From IMG/VR virus record IMGVR_UViG_3300028802_000016, positions 1-56,562 of that record: a stretch of DNA of 56,562 nucleotides, one strand, 5' to 3'. The stretch comes from a virus (taxonomy: Duplodnaviria; Caudoviricetes). Under the pieces are notes generated by a model. The model ran no database searches, was not told where the DNA came from, and worked only from the letters and a program-made list of their open reading frames with translations. Both the position numbers and the translations under genes were made by a program. Shown here piece by piece: positions 34,676 to 44,972 of the stretch (positions are counted from its first letter, which is position 1; the number at the start of each line of letters is the position of its first letter).

Positions 34676-36330
34676 TACTCCCCCTCGTTTTCGATCATGA
34701 GCTGGTAGCGGGCCAGGAACAACGCCCTGTCCGTCTCCTGGGCGGCCTGCCCGATCACGTAGACGTCGTCGATCTGCCCCTTGCCGAACAGCGGGTGCAG
34801 ATGCTCGACATGCGCGGCGAGACACGGCGCCCATTCCCCCCGCCGCTTGGCCCGCTCGACGATCTCGTTGTCGACGTACCAGTGCCGGTAGCCCTCGTGG
34901 CAGACCATGCCCGGCCCGTCCAGGCTGGCGCCGATCACGTCCACGTAGTCGCGGCGGATGAACATGTGGGTTGCGTGGGCACCGGCCGTCACCGACGGGT
35001 TGCCGAGGTCGTTGGTGCCGACGACTCGGGCGTGGGTGGTCCGGGCGACCTCCATGGCCTGGTCGAGCCAGCCCGGATGGAAGGCTACATCGTCGCCGAC
35101 CAGGAAGATCCACGGCTCGTGGGCGATCATCGCGCCCCGGTTGATCTTCTCCGCGAAGGATCCCATCGTCCGCAGGTAGTGGTGCATGTCGATCTTGACC
35201 ATGCCGCCGTACTGGTCGGACTGCCCATTCCACGCCTCAGCGGTCGCCCAGTCGTCGGCGTCGGCCAGGACGTACACGCCGACCCGGCGCCGCTGCCGCT
35301 CCGTCAGGCTGTTCTGGAGCGACGTCAGGAACATGGCCGCGTTGTCCCGCTTCGCCACCGGCACGAGGACGGCGACCTCCTCCTCCGCCTCCGGCACCTG
35401 CTTCTCGCGGATCGGCGACGTGTCGGCCGCCTCCTGCACGGCCGCCGGGTTGATCATCAGCTTCGGCCACTGCTCCGGCGGCAACGCCCGCGACTTCACC
35501 TTCGGTGGCGTGAACGGCTTCAGGTGGTAGTCCGCCCCCATGTACCAGACCGTCTTCTGGTGGGTGGTGACCACACCCGTGTGCACGAACACCGGCGCGC
35601 CGACCTGATGGGCGCGCATGCAGAACGAGATGTCCTCGCCGCACTTCTCCCCGTCGGGCCCGGGGATCCGTTCGAACCAGATGTGCGGCGGCGCGCCCTG
35701 CTCGGCGAGCCAGTGGGAGATCTTCTCGTACACCGAGCGGTGGGTGAGCAGCATCCCGCAGCCGGTCGCGCTGACCCGGGTCGGCTGGTCCTGCGGCCAC
35801 TCTGAGCGGGTGAGCAGCTTGTACGCCCCGGGCATGCCGTTCTCCGGCTCGACCCACGTCCAGTCGTACAGCGTGGGGGCGAGGCTGGATCGCAGGCCGC
35901 CCCGGAAGTCGTGCGAGTAGTCGCCCTCGATGAACGCGAGCGCGCCGACGATCGGCGCCGTCTCCGGGTCGGCGACCGACATCAGCCGCTCCAGGGCGTC
36001 CTGCTCGAAGCCGATGTCCGAGTCGATCCAGAGCAGCCAGTCGGCGTCGCTGGAAAGGAACGCGGCGGCGGCAGTGTTGCGGGCGTGGGACAGCTCGACG
36101 GACCGGCCCCACACGGGGGCCAGCGCGCCATTGTTCATCAGCCCCGAGTTGTGCAGCAGATGATCCCCGTGCGCCTTGTCGTAGGCGGCCATCCGCAGCG
36201 CTGACTCGATGAAGTTCCAGCCGCCCGTGTCAAGGTGCGGCACCCCGATGCAGACGGTCTCCCCGGCGCGGGGATTCAGCGCCGAGAAAAGCCCGTCGTG
36301 GGCCTCCTGGGCAGCGTCAGTTGATTCCAT
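34675..36330 (-). CDS. Tandem two-domain GT-A (GT2-like) glycosyltransferase
   Basis: Domain 1: ARN...WLLWIDSD...GEDISFC; domain 2: KINRG...FLVGDDV...WYVDNE...VEHLHP; GGAGGAGG RBS. Confidence 0.85.
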   Translation of the reverse strand: MESTDAAQEAHDGLFSALNPRAGETVCIGVPHLDTGGWNFIESALRMAAYDKAHGDHLLHNSGLMNNGALAPVWGRSVELSHARNTAAAAFLSSDADWLLWIDSDIGFEQDALERLMSVADPETAPIVGALAFIEGDYSHDFRGGLRSSLAPTLYDWTWVEPENGMPGAYKLLTRSEWPQDQPTRVSATGCGMLLTHRSVYEKISHWLAEQGAPPHIWFERIPGPDGEKCGEDISFCMRAHQVGAPVFVHTGVVTTHQKTVWYMGADYHLKPFTPPKVKSRALPPEQWPKLMINPAAVQEAADTSPIREKQVPEAEEEVAVLVPVAKRDNAAMFLTSLQNSLTERQRRRVGVYVLADADDWATAEAWNGQSDQYGGMVKIDMHHYLRTMGSFAEKINRGAMIAHEPWIFLVGDDVAFHPGWLDQAMEVARTTHARVVGTNDLGNPSVTAGAHATHMFIRRDYVDVIGASLDGPGMVCHEGYRHWYVDNEIVERAKRRGEWAPCLAAHVEHLHPLFGKGQIDDVYVIGQAAQETDRALFLARYQLMIENEGE

Positions 36331-36430
36331 ACGGCCTCCTCCTCCGTGAATCCGCAGACTACCGCTATGATCGCGCCAGGCGTATTCGTGCTGCCACGGT
36401 CCGGCGGAGCGCTCGAAGTAGGAGACCGCA

Positions 36431-38272
36431 GTGCCGAACCTGCCTTTCCAGGTCCCGACTGACGAGGACGGCTCGTACGCCTTCTCGGGCATGACGAGCG
36501 AGGACCTGACTTCGATCCGCACCCAGGCCCGCGACGCGGCGGCCCGGTACGCGGACATGGACGTCGCGGACGTTCAGCCGGGCGACATCGAGACCATGCG
36601 CGAGCTGACCACCATCGTCAAGGGTGTCGACGCGGAGCGCAGCCGCCGCAGTGGTGCGGCTGGCGCCTTCGCCGCCCTGACCGAATCTCTCGGCGAGGAC
36701 GACGAGACCGGAACCGACGAGACCCCGGCGGGCGCGGGCATCGAGGACGCGAAGACGGACACCCCCGCAGCGCAGACCGCAGCCGCCAAGGCCCCGGGTG
36801 TCGCCGCCGTGGCGTCCAACACGGTCCCCGCCGTCCCGGCCGAGACCGTGGCCCGACAGGCACCGGCCGTCATCCTCGCCGGGGCCAACAACGGCGACGC
36901 GAACATGGGCGAGGAGCTGGACTGGACCCGCGTCGGCAAGCTCGTCGAGAAGCGCTTCCTCCAGTACAGCGCGATGGGCGGCCAGGGTGGTCGCCAGCAG
37001 CACTCCATCGCCCAGTTCAAGACGGAGTACCCGCAGGAGCTGACCGCGTCCGGCGGCCTCCAGGAGGACGCGACGGCGGTCATCGACTACGCGGCCAGCG
37101 AGAAGCGCCTTCCCGGCGGCTCGCTGCTGGCGTCGGTGGAGATCAAGCGCAAGGCCGCTCTCGCGGCTGGCGCGCCGAACGCGCTGACGGCGGCCGGTAC
37201 CGGCTGGTGCGCGCCGTCGGAGGTCATCTACGACCTGTGCGAGCTGGAGTCGGCGGACGGCATGCTGGACATCCCGGAGATCAACGTCTCCCGGGGCGGC
37301 ATCAAGTTCACGACCGGCCCGGACTTCTCGTCGATCTACTCCGGCTCGGGCTACTTCCACTACACCGAGTCGCAGATCATCGCGGGCGTCACCAAGCCCG
37401 TCATGTCCGTCGCCTGCCCGTCGTTCACCGACGTGCGGCTGGACGCTGACGGCCTGGCGATCCAGACGGACCTGCTCCAGCTCCGTGGCTACCCGGAGCT
37501 GATCGCCCGGTTCGTGCGGGGCGCGATGATCGCCCACTCGCACAAGATCAACCAGTTCGTGATCAACTCGCTGGTCACCGGCTCCACCGCGATGCCGCTG
37601 CCCTCGGGCGTCACCGCGCACACCCCCGGCGCCGGAACCACGTGGGCCACCGACCACTCGGTCGTCTCCACCCTGCTGACCGCCATCGACATGGCGATCA
37701 TGGACTACAAGTACCGCCAGCGGATGGCCCTCGCCTCCACCCTGGAGGTCGTCTTCCCGTACTGGGTGCTCGCCTGGATCCGGTCCGACATCGCGCGCAA
37801 GCAGTTCTACGACGCCGACGCGACGAACGACCAGTTCAACCTGACCATGGAGCGCATCAACACCTGGCTGGCCGCACGTGGCGCCCGCGCGCAGTACGTG
37901 TACGACTGGCAGGACGCGTCCTACTGGGCGGCCTACCCGACCGGCGCGCCGTCGGCGTGGCAGCAGTTCGGCCAGGCCCCGACCTCCACGGACTTCGTCC
38001 AGGACTTCCCCCACACCCTCCAGTTCCTGCTCTACGCGGCCGGTACCTGGGTGCGCGGCAACGCCGACATCATCACCCTGGACACCGTCTACGACAGCAC
38101 CCTGCTGGCGCAGAACAAGACCACCCAGCTCTTCACCGAGCAGGGCATCCTCGCGGCCAAGACCTGCTTCGACAGCCGCCTCTACACGATCGGCAACATC
38201 ACCGGCGGCCTGGTCCCGAGCGGCGCGGGCGCGTTCGCCCCGACCACTCAGCCGACCTGGACCAACCCGTAG
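36431..38272 (+). CDS. Major capsid protein with an N-terminal scaffold-like region
   Basis: LTAAGTGWCAPSEVIYDLC...LDIPEINVSRGGI actinophage MCP pattern. Confidence 0.88.
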   Translation: MPNLPFQVPTDEDGSYAFSGMTSEDLTSIRTQARDAAARYADMDVADVQPGDIETMRELTTIVKGVDAERSRRSGAAGAFAALTESLGEDDETGTDETPAGAGIEDAKTDTPAAQTAAAKAPGVAAVASNTVPAVPAETVARQAPAVILAGANNGDANMGEELDWTRVGKLVEKRFLQYSAMGGQGGRQQHSIAQFKTEYPQELTASGGLQEDATAVIDYAASEKRLPGGSLLASVEIKRKAALAAGAPNALTAAGTGWCAPSEVIYDLCELESADGMLDIPEINVSRGGIKFTTGPDFSSIYSGSGYFHYTESQIIAGVTKPVMSVACPSFTDVRLDADGLAIQTDLLQLRGYPELIARFVRGAMIAHSHKINQFVINSLVTGSTAMPLPSGVTAHTPGAGTTWATDHSVVSTLLTAIDMAIMDYKYRQRMALASTLEVVFPYWVLAWIRSDIARKQFYDADATNDQFNLTMERINTWLAARGARAQYVYDWQDASYWAAYPTGAPSAWQQFGQAPTSTDFVQDFPHTLQFLLYAAGTWVRGNADIITLDTVYDSTLLAQNKTTQLFTEQGILAAKTCFDSRLYTIGNITGGLVPSGAGAFAPTTQPTWTNP

Positions 38273-38341
38273 GTCGAGTAGCAGTCCCGGGCCGGGAACC
38301 CCCGGCCCGGTACCTACCCGAACCGAAGGGAGGGTGCAGGT

Positions 38342-39277
38342 ATGGCGACTCTTACGCCGATGGCCGGGCCGGTCATCGTCGAACAGCCCGCGGTCGGCAG
38401 CATCCGATACGGCCTGTTCTCGGCCGCCAACGGCCCGTTCGACCTGCCGAAGCACGGCAGCATCGGCGGCGTCCAGTACCAGGAGGAGCACTGCGGCAAC
38501 GCGCACCTGCTCGCGGCGGCCTCCTGCTCCAACCCGACCATCACGGCCGCCACCGCTCTTGACGTCTGCGACGGCACGGCCATCGGCCTGCCGTTCGAGA
38601 TCGTCGCCGGGCTCAAGGCGGGCGCGTTCCCGTACGACGCCGCCGAGGTTGAGCGGCGCATCCGGGTCCGGCTCAACGACAACGCCCAGTACATCGCCGA
38701 GCAGGCGCTGTGGGGCGGCAACGCGGACGTCCAGCCCGCGCTCCAGCGTCCCGAGCTGAACGGCGGCTCCGGGATCCTGGACGTCACCCCGACGCCCGGC
38801 ACGGCGGTCACCATCGAATACGGGGTCGGCCTGCTGGAGGACGCCCTCTCGCAGTACAACTACCCGGGCATCCTCCACGCCCGGCCCGTTGTCACCCCGT
38901 ACCTCGTCGAGCGGCAGTTGATGCCGCTGCCGCAGCGCGCCGCGAAGGGACTCACCGGTGTGCAGTACACGCCGATGGGCAACGTGTGGTCGTTCGGCCG
39001 GGGCTACTCCGGCAACAAGCCGAACAACGACGCGACCGCCCCGGCGGCCGGTACCGCCTACATGGTGGCGACGGGCGCGACCACGGTGTGGCTCGACCCG
39101 AACGTGTACGTCAACCCGCCCGAGAAGTCGTTCGACCGGTCCGGGAATGCTTGGCAGGCAATCGGGCAGCGGGCGGCGGCCATCACCATCGACTGCGTGG
39201 CGTTCTTCGTTCTGGTCGAGTTGGACAGCATGACCCGGGGTACTGGGCCTGCTGCAACAACCACGACGGTGTACTAG
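38342..39277 (+). CDS. Capsid-associated or minor capsid protein
   Basis: Directly after the MCP; RYGLFS...EQALW conserved-looking segments. Confidence 0.6.
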   Translation: MATLTPMAGPVIVEQPAVGSIRYGLFSAANGPFDLPKHGSIGGVQYQEEHCGNAHLLAAASCSNPTITAATALDVCDGTAIGLPFEIVAGLKAGAFPYDAAEVERRIRVRLNDNAQYIAEQALWGGNADVQPALQRPELNGGSGILDVTPTPGTAVTIEYGVGLLEDALSQYNYPGILHARPVVTPYLVERQLMPLPQRAAKGLTGVQYTPMGNVWSFGRGYSGNKPNNDATAPAAGTAYMVATGATTVWLDPNVYVNPPEKSFDRSGNAWQAIGQRAAAITIDCVAFFVLVELDSMTRGTGPAATTTTVY

Positions 39278-39286
39278 GAGCGGATC

Positions 39287-39577
39287 ATGCCTGCAATCGT
39301 CATCATCAACGAGCACGAGCCGGAGGGCGAAGTCGCCGGACGGCTCCTGGAACTGGCCGACGAGAAGGGCCACCCGGCCCAGGTCGTCGAGGCCCAGCGC
39401 GGCGAGCACGACGCCGCCCTTTCCTTCCGCGTCCCGCAGGACGTCGCCGACGCCTTCGAGGAGGACCGCGCCGAGCGCTGGCCCGCCCCCGAGGAGGACG
39501 TGGTCGACGACGACGGCGACCCGAACACCCCGCCTGTCCGCAAGTCGCGGCCCGGCAAGGCACCGGCCAAGGAGTAG
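39287..39577 (+). CDS. Small acidic hypothetical protein
   Basis: AGGAG RBS, operon position. Confidence 0.7.
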   Translation: MPAIVIINEHEPEGEVAGRLLELADEKGHPAQVVEAQRGEHDAALSFRVPQDVADAFEEDRAERWPAPEEDVVDDDGDPNTPPVRKSRPGKAPAKE

Positions 39578-39580
39578 CAC

Positions 39581-40273
39581 ATGACGTCCGTGTGTCAGGC
39601 CCCCATTCAGGGCACCACCATGCGGGTCCAGACGATCAACTCGTGCGGTACCCCTGCTGTGGGCTCCTGCGTGTCGGCCGTCTCGACCGGCTTCGTCTCC
39701 GTGGAGATGCAGGATCAGGTCGAGTCCGGTCAGGAGATCGTGGTCCTGAACGCGGCCGGTCAGATGTGCGTCAACGAGAAGTCGCCGACGCAGCTCAAGT
39801 GGATCGACACGACGATCACCTTCTGCAACGTCGACCCGGAGTTGTTCGGCCTGATCACGGGCTCCACGCTGGTCCTCAACGACGCCGCCTCCCCGGCGGC
39901 CGTCGGCTTCCAGACGCGTACGAGCAACTACGCGGCCGGGCAGTTCTCGCTGGAGGTGTGGACCAACATCTCAGGTGCCACGTGCGTCACCGTGGGCACT
40001 GCGTCCCTGGTGCCGTACGGGTACTTCCTGCTGCCGAACATCGTCGAGGGCCGTGTCGGCGACGTCAAGATCGAAAACGGTGCGGTGTCGTTCACCGTGG
40101 CGGGCCGCACCAAGCAGGGCACCAACTGGGGTCTCGGCCCCAAGAACGTGCTCGCCAACATGACCACGGCGGCGGCGGAGAAGCTGCTGATCGCTCTGCC
40201 GAGCGACACGCACCGCCACCTCCAGTGGACGTACCTGGCCCCGCCTGCCGCCTCGTGCGGCTGCGCGGCCTGA
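39581..40273 (+). CDS. Major tail protein
   Basis: FCNVDPELF..ITG...FSLEVW...YGYFLLP; size and synteny. Confidence 0.7.
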   Translation: MTSVCQAPIQGTTMRVQTINSCGTPAVGSCVSAVSTGFVSVEMQDQVESGQEIVVLNAAGQMCVNEKSPTQLKWIDTTITFCNVDPELFGLITGSTLVLNDAASPAAVGFQTRTSNYAAGQFSLEVWTNISGATCVTVGTASLVPYGYFLLPNIVEGRVGDVKIENGAVSFTVAGRTKQGTNWGLGPKNVLANMTTAAAEKLLIALPSDTHRHLQWTYLAPPAASCGCAA

Positions 40274-40370
40274 TCGACGGTCGAGGGGGACCGGGCAAAG
40301 GGATGATGGGGGCCGCCGGAAGAGCGGCGGTCCCCATCGTTCATGATCGAAAACGACAGGAGGAGGCGAG

Positions 40371-41186
40371 ATGACCAGCGCAGTACCCGACGGCTGGACC
40401 GTCTCCAACTTCCCCGCCTGCGCCGACGTGTGGACGTCGCTGACCGCCGACCAGCAGGCCCTCGCCCTGCGGCTCGCCGCCTTCACCATGTACTCGCTGA
40501 CCGGCCGCCAGTTCGGCACCGTCAACCTCACGCTGCGCCCCTGCAACGCCCCCCTGCTGCCGCCGCTCTACCAGACGTACCCGGTGAACCTCATCAACCC
40601 GTGGGGCACCGACGAGGGCGGCAGCTACTACCCGCTCTACATCTACAACGGCGTCTGGCACAACGCAGGCTGCCGGGGGATCAACTGCTGCGGCGCCACC
40701 TGCGAGGTCGAGCTGCCGCGCACCGTCTCGATCACCTCCGTGCTCGTCGACAACGCCGCCGTCGATCCGACCGCCTACCGGGTCGACAACGGCTACCTGC
40801 TCGTGCGCACCGATACCGCCTGCTGGCCGCAATGCCAGGACCTCGACAAGAACCCGGGCCCCGGCGTGACGGACACGTTCGTCGTCAACGGCGTATTCGG
40901 CCGGACCGTCCCCCAGGAAGCGCTCGACGCCGCTTCGATCCTCGCCTGCGAGCTGGCCAAGGCAATGAAGGGCCAGCCGTGCCGTCTGCCGCAGCGGATG
41001 CAATCGCTGACCCGGCAGGGCGTCTCCGTCCAGTTCCCCGGCGTCAACACCTACCTGGACCGTGGCCTCACCGGGCTCAACGAGGTCGATCAGGTCGTTG
41101 TGCAGTTCAACCCCGGGCGGCTCGCGCAGTCGCCGAAAGTCTTCTCGATGGACGTCTCCCCCAACCGCATCACAACCTGGCCGTGA
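40371..41186 (+). CDS. Head-to-tail adaptor
   Basis: LTGRQFG...LRPC...WPQCQD...LACELAKA...CRLP...TRQGV. Confidence 0.7.
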   Translation: MTSAVPDGWTVSNFPACADVWTSLTADQQALALRLAAFTMYSLTGRQFGTVNLTLRPCNAPLLPPLYQTYPVNLINPWGTDEGGSYYPLYIYNGVWHNAGCRGINCCGATCEVELPRTVSITSVLVDNAAVDPTAYRVDNGYLLVRTDTACWPQCQDLDKNPGPGVTDTFVVNGVFGRTVPQEALDAASILACELAKAMKGQPCRLPQRMQSLTRQGVSVQFPGVNTYLDRGLTGLNEVDQVVVQFNPGRLAQSPKVFSMDVSPNRITTWP

Positions 41187-41194
41187 GGTAGCAG

Positions 41195-41593
41195 ATGGCT
41201 GACAACCTGACCGACTTGGCGGAGGCCCGCGCCCTCAACTGGCTGACGGGCAACACCACCACGGCCCCCACGATGCCGTACAGCGTCCGCCTGATGACCG
41301 CCAACGGGTCGGACTCGGCCGCCGGTACCGAGGTCGTCAACGCGGGCGGCTCCACGTACACCCCGCAGACGGTCGCCTTCCCGGCAGCCGTGGGCAATGG
41401 CGCCCCCGTCGGCAACTCCGCCGACGTGGTGTTCACCAACATGCCCGCCTGCACGGTCGTCGGCGTCGAGCTGTGGGATGCGAACGGCACCCCGTTCCGC
41501 TGGTGGTGGGGCGCGGTCACCGCGAACAAGACCTTCAACCTGGGCGACACGGCCCGGATCGTCGCGGGACAGCTCACCGTGTCGACGCAGTAA
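41195..41593 (+). CDS. Small virion or fibre-associated protein
   Basis: beta-rich; NSADVVF...VELWDA...KTFNLGD. Confidence 0.6.
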   Translation: MADNLTDLAEARALNWLTGNTTTAPTMPYSVRLMTANGSDSAAGTEVVNAGGSTYTPQTVAFPAAVGNGAPVGNSADVVFTNMPACTVVGVELWDANGTPFRWWWGAVTANKTFNLGDTARIVAGQLTVSTQ

Positions 41594-41605
41594 GGGGCCA
41601 CGCCC

Positions 41606-43027
41606 GTGGCGAACCTGTTCACTTCCCAGACCCCGGCCAACCCCAACAACTTCGACGCGACCCCGCTCACCCTGGCCACAGTGGTGACGTTCTCGGCGTC
41701 GGGGAATGTGACCGGCGGGCGGTTCTATGCTGCCTCCTCACTGTCGGGCGGCAGCTACGAGCTGGTCCTCTGGCAGGTGACGAGTCCGACCACGGGCACC
41801 GTGCTGGCGTCGGCGACCTACGGCGCGATCACCGCTGGCACTTGGAACACCATCTCGTTCGCCTCACCGGTGGCGGTCAGCTCGGGCGTCGCCTACGTGA
41901 TCGGCATCCGCACCTCGACCGGCCGGTACACCACGACCAGCAACTTCTTCACGACCCCCCTGGTCAACGGGAACATCACCGGCATCCAGGACAACACCAA
42001 CCCGGTCGGTGTCGGCACCCTGCGCAACGGCGTCTTCGCGGCCGACATCACCAGCTTCCCCTCCAGCACGTTCAACGCGACCTGCTACTTCGTCGACGTC
42101 GACTACACCGCCGGTGGGGCACCGGTGGTGGACCTCGCCGCCGACCTCACCGCGACCGCCAGCCTCTCGGCCGCACTGACCCCCGAACGGCTCCCCGCCG
42201 CCGCACTGTCGGCCAACGGCAGTATGAGCGCCGCACTGACCCCCGAACGGCTGGTTGCCGCCGCACTGACCGCGACCGCGTCCCTGTCCGCGTCGCTGAC
42301 CCCTGAGCGCCCACTGGCCGCCGGGCTGACCGCGACCGGCAGCATGAGCGCCGCACTGATCCGGGACACCCGCCTGGCCGCTACCCTGTCGGCGAACGCC
42401 AGCATGACGGCAGGCTTCGCGGGTGAGCAGCAGCTCACGGCCAGCCTGACCATGAACGCCAGCATGAGCGCGGCGGTCACCGTACCGACCGTCGGACCGG
42501 TCGATCTGATCGCCACCCCGGCCGCGACCGCGCTGCTGGCATGCCTCACCGAGCAGATGAACACCCTCGCCTCCCCGCCCGCGCGGATCCAGCTCCGGGT
42601 CGGCGCCGAGACCGGCCCGCTGATCGGGCCGAACGTGGACGAGTGCTGCGCCGGGCTCGCCTGGGTGCGGGTCGCCGACGTCTACCCGTCGTGGAACAGC
42701 TTCCCCGGGCCGGACAACGACTGGCTGCCCTGCGGGCCGCTGGCGTACGCCGTGGTGCTGGAGATGGGCAGCGCGTTCTGCATGCCGTGGTCCGACTCGG
42801 GCGACACCTTCGAGAACCTCGACCCGCCGAGCACCGACGACTGGCAGACCGCCTTCGGCACGCTGATGCAGCATCAGACGCTGATGCGCCGGGCGGCGGC
42901 GTGCTGCTTCGCGCCCACCCAGCGGCGCGCCGTCGGCGGCTGGAGCCCGCTGTCGGTGGAGGGCGGCTGCACCGGCGGTACGCTGACCGTGACCGTCTCG
43001 GTGATGGCGCCGTGCGGGGACTGCTGA
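41606..43027 (+). CDS. DUF4082-like domain, Ala/Thr/Ser repeat stalk and tail-completion-like C-terminal domain
   Basis: N-terminal ...GNVTGGRFY...GTWNTI.F..PV...YFVDVDY; 20-aa repeats; C-terminal DECCAGLAWVRV...GGCTGG. Confidence 0.65.
   Translation: MANLFTSQTPANPNNFDATPLTLATVVTFSASGNVTGGRFYAASSLSGGSYELVLWQVTSPTTGTVLASATYGAITAGTWNTISFASPVAVSSGVAYVIGIRTSTGRYTTTSNFFTTPLVNGNITGIQDNTNPVGVGTLRNGVFAADITSFPSSTFNATCYFVDVDYTAGGAPVVDLAADLTATASLSAALTPERLPAAALSANGSMSAALTPERLVAAALTATASLSASLTPERPLAAGLTATGSMSAALIRDTRLAATLSANASMTAGFAGEQQLTASLTMNASMSAAVTVPTVGPVDLIATPAATALLACLTEQMNTLASPPARIQLRVGAETGPLIGPNVDECCAGLAWVRVADVYPSWNSFPGPDNDWLPCGPLAYAVVLEMGSAFCMPWSDSGDTFENLDPPSTDDWQTAFGTLMQHQTLMRRAAACCFAPTQRRAVGGWSPLSVEGGCTGGTLTVTVSVMAPCGDC
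42130..42480 (+). repeat. Coding tandem repeat, about 60-bp period
   Basis: About 6 units of LxAxLxAxxSxSAxLTPER. Confidence 0.85.
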
Positions 43028-43037
43028 GGAGGCGTTC

Positions 43038-43238
43038 ATGGCCGGAGTGAGCCGCAAGACCAAGGCCCGCGTGTACGAGGTCGTCGTCAGCTTCGACGGC
43101 CTCAACAAGGGCGAGCGCTTCAGCCAGGACGCAGACGACCTGGGGTGGGCGACCCAGCGGGTGGAGGTCGGCTATCTTCGGGACGTGACCGAAGAGGGCG
43201 AGGAGGCCCCCGATGCCGCTGGCGAAGGTAAGGGTTGA
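43038..43238 (+). CDS. Small hypothetical protein
   Basis: GAGGAGG RBS. Confidence 0.6.
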   Translation: MAGVSRKTKARVYEVVVSFDGLNKGERFSQDADDLGWATQRVEVGYLRDVTEEGEEAPDAAGEGKG

Positions 43239-43632
43239 TCTTTATCAGCCGGTGATCAGTGGCGTCCTGCACGACCTCGCGGGCAAGGACGTCATGCGGA
43301 CCACCCTGCGGGTGCTCAACCGGGCGAAGGTGCTGACCCCGGTGGACACCGGTAACCTGCGCTCCAGCCATCAGTTCCGGCTCACCCAGTCGGCGAACAA
43401 GGTCACGGGTGAGGTCTACACGAAGGTGAAGTACGCGCTGCCCCTGCATGAGGGGCGGCGCGCGGTGACGATCTACCCGCGCCACAAGCAGGCGCTCGCG
43501 TTCACCTGGCACGGTAAGCCCATGGTGCGCAAGTCGGTGCACCAGCCCGCCCGGCGGGGGCGCCCGTGGCTGCGTACAGCGCTGACCGAGGTTGCGGGGC
43601 AGGCCGGTTACCGCGTGCAGAAGACAACGTAG
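43213..43632 (+). CDS. HK97 gp10-like tail completion protein
   Basis: AKVLTPVDTGNLRSS...YALPLHEG...RPWLRTAL. Confidence 0.8.
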   Translation: MPLAKVRVDLYQPVISGVLHDLAGKDVMRTTLRVLNRAKVLTPVDTGNLRSSHQFRLTQSANKVTGEVYTKVKYALPLHEGRRAVTIYPRHKQALAFTWHGKPMVRKSVHQPARRGRPWLRTALTEVAGQAGYRVQKTT

Positions 43633-43644
43633 GAGGAGGAGTAC

Positions 43645-43863
43645 GTGAAGAAGTTGAAGGTGACCTGGCAGGACGGGTCCTGGAATCATGGCGGGGACCA
43701 GCCGATCGCAGAGACGTCCCTGCCGCATGACGTGAGGATCAACCTGCTCGGCGAGACCCTGGTCTTCACTGAGCAGAGCGGCGACGGCGCGGCGATGGTT
43801 CTCCTGGCCGTTCCCGAGTCTCGCCTGATCTCGTCTGCCCAGGTCGAGGCTTCCGATGCCTGA
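43645..43863 (+). CDS. Hypothetical protein
   Basis: AGGAGGAGG RBS. Confidence 0.6.
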   Translation: MKKLKVTWQDGSWNHGGDQPIAETSLPHDVRINLLGETLVFTEQSGDGAAMVLLAVPESRLISSAQVEASDA

Positions 43864-44224
43864 GCTGACGGTGCTGGTTCCGCTGGGTGACCGCGACATC
43901 GAGATGCGCAAGCCGACCGATGGCGCCCTGGTGGTGCTGTCGCGGACGTTCCGGGCGCTGCCCAAGATCGAAAACGTCGGCGAGATCACCGAGGAGATGC
44001 GCAACAAGCTGGTCCGCGACCTCGGCACCCTCGGCAAGATCGTCGAAGCCATGATCGTCCAGGAGGCCGACAAGGGCTGGCTCGACGACGCCATGATCGA
44101 CGGCAAGGTCACCGCCGAGGACGTCTTCGACTCGATCCGCGTGGCGGGCGAGAAGCTGAACGGTCTCGCCCCGGCCAAGGCGGTGGCCCCGGTCCGGCGC
44201 TCCCGGTCCGCCCGTACCCGGTGA
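43856..44224 (+). CDS. Tail assembly chaperone (putative)
   Basis: Size and position upstream of the tape measure; MRKPTDGAL motif. Confidence 0.55.
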   Translation: MPELTVLVPLGDRDIEMRKPTDGALVVLSRTFRALPKIENVGEITEEMRNKLVRDLGTLGKIVEAMIVQEADKGWLDDAMIDGKVTAEDVFDSIRVAGEKLNGLAPAKAVAPVRRSRSARTR

Positions 44225-44484
44225 GGATCACGCACATCGCGGGGATCGACGTCACGATCGGTCCCCGCCTCCGGCAGCGCTGCGCGTGGTGCGGCGCCAC
44301 CCTGATCGACTACGACCTGGAGCGGGTCGCCGTCCCGGTCGGCCAGGAAGGGCCCCCGGGAACCTGGGAGATCGGCGCCCTGGTGCAGGTCGACGGCAAC
44401 ATGACGATCGTTTTGGATCATGACGATCAGCATCACCTGCCCGACGACGCCTGCGGCAAGCTCGACCCGGAGGTGACCAAGTGA
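44221..44484 (+). CDS. Small CxxC protein
   Basis: RQRCAWCG; GTGA overlaps. Confidence 0.65.
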   Translation: MRITHIAGIDVTIGPRLRQRCAWCGATLIDYDLERVAVPVGQEGPPGTWEIGALVQVDGNMTIVLDHDDQHHLPDDACGKLDPEVTK

Positions 44485-44972
44485 CCAGCGGCCTGAACGT
44501 CAAGCGCCTCGTCTGGACGATCATCTTCCTGGGCATCACCCTCGCTGCGATCGTCATGGAGGTCGTCGCCGGGATCTGGCACCCGGCGGGCACCATCCCC
44601 TGGACCGAGTACATCGCCCAGTACGTGCCCTGGCCTGTCCAGCTCGCCGCGTACGTGGCCCTCGCCGTGTGGCTGCCGTTCCACTTCTGGCGCGCCGACC
44701 AGAAGCGCAAGAAGGCGTTCACGGCTGGCGTGCACGAGGGGCTGTCGGCGAACAGGGCCAATCACCTGGACGCGCTGGAAGGGGCCCACGCGGCTGGATA
44801 CGTGGCGGCAATGAAGGACCACAACATCCGGGCCCCGAGCTTGGCCGACCTCTTGCCCGAGGTCTCCGTGCAGCGCGGCGGGTTGTCGTACGGCCCGAAG
44901 TGCAGCCACGGCCGCCTCTTCGGATCACCCGGTCACGTCTGCGCCGAGATGCCCAGCGATGCCGGGCGCTGA
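44481..44972 (+). CDS. Two-TM membrane protein
   Basis: Two hydrophobic helices, WLPFHF motif. Confidence 0.65.
   Translation: MTSGLNVKRLVWTIIFLGITLAAIVMEVVAGIWHPAGTIPWTEYIAQYVPWPVQLAAYVALAVWLPFHFWRADQKRKKAFTAGVHEGLSANRANHLDALEGAHAAGYVAAMKDHNIRAPSLADLLPEVSVQRGGLSYGPKCSHGRLFGSPGHVCAEMPSDAGR

Noticed and set aside
42130-42480. CRISPR-like array
   Set aside because: In-frame 60-bp degenerate coding repeats with no unique spacers, and no cas genes.
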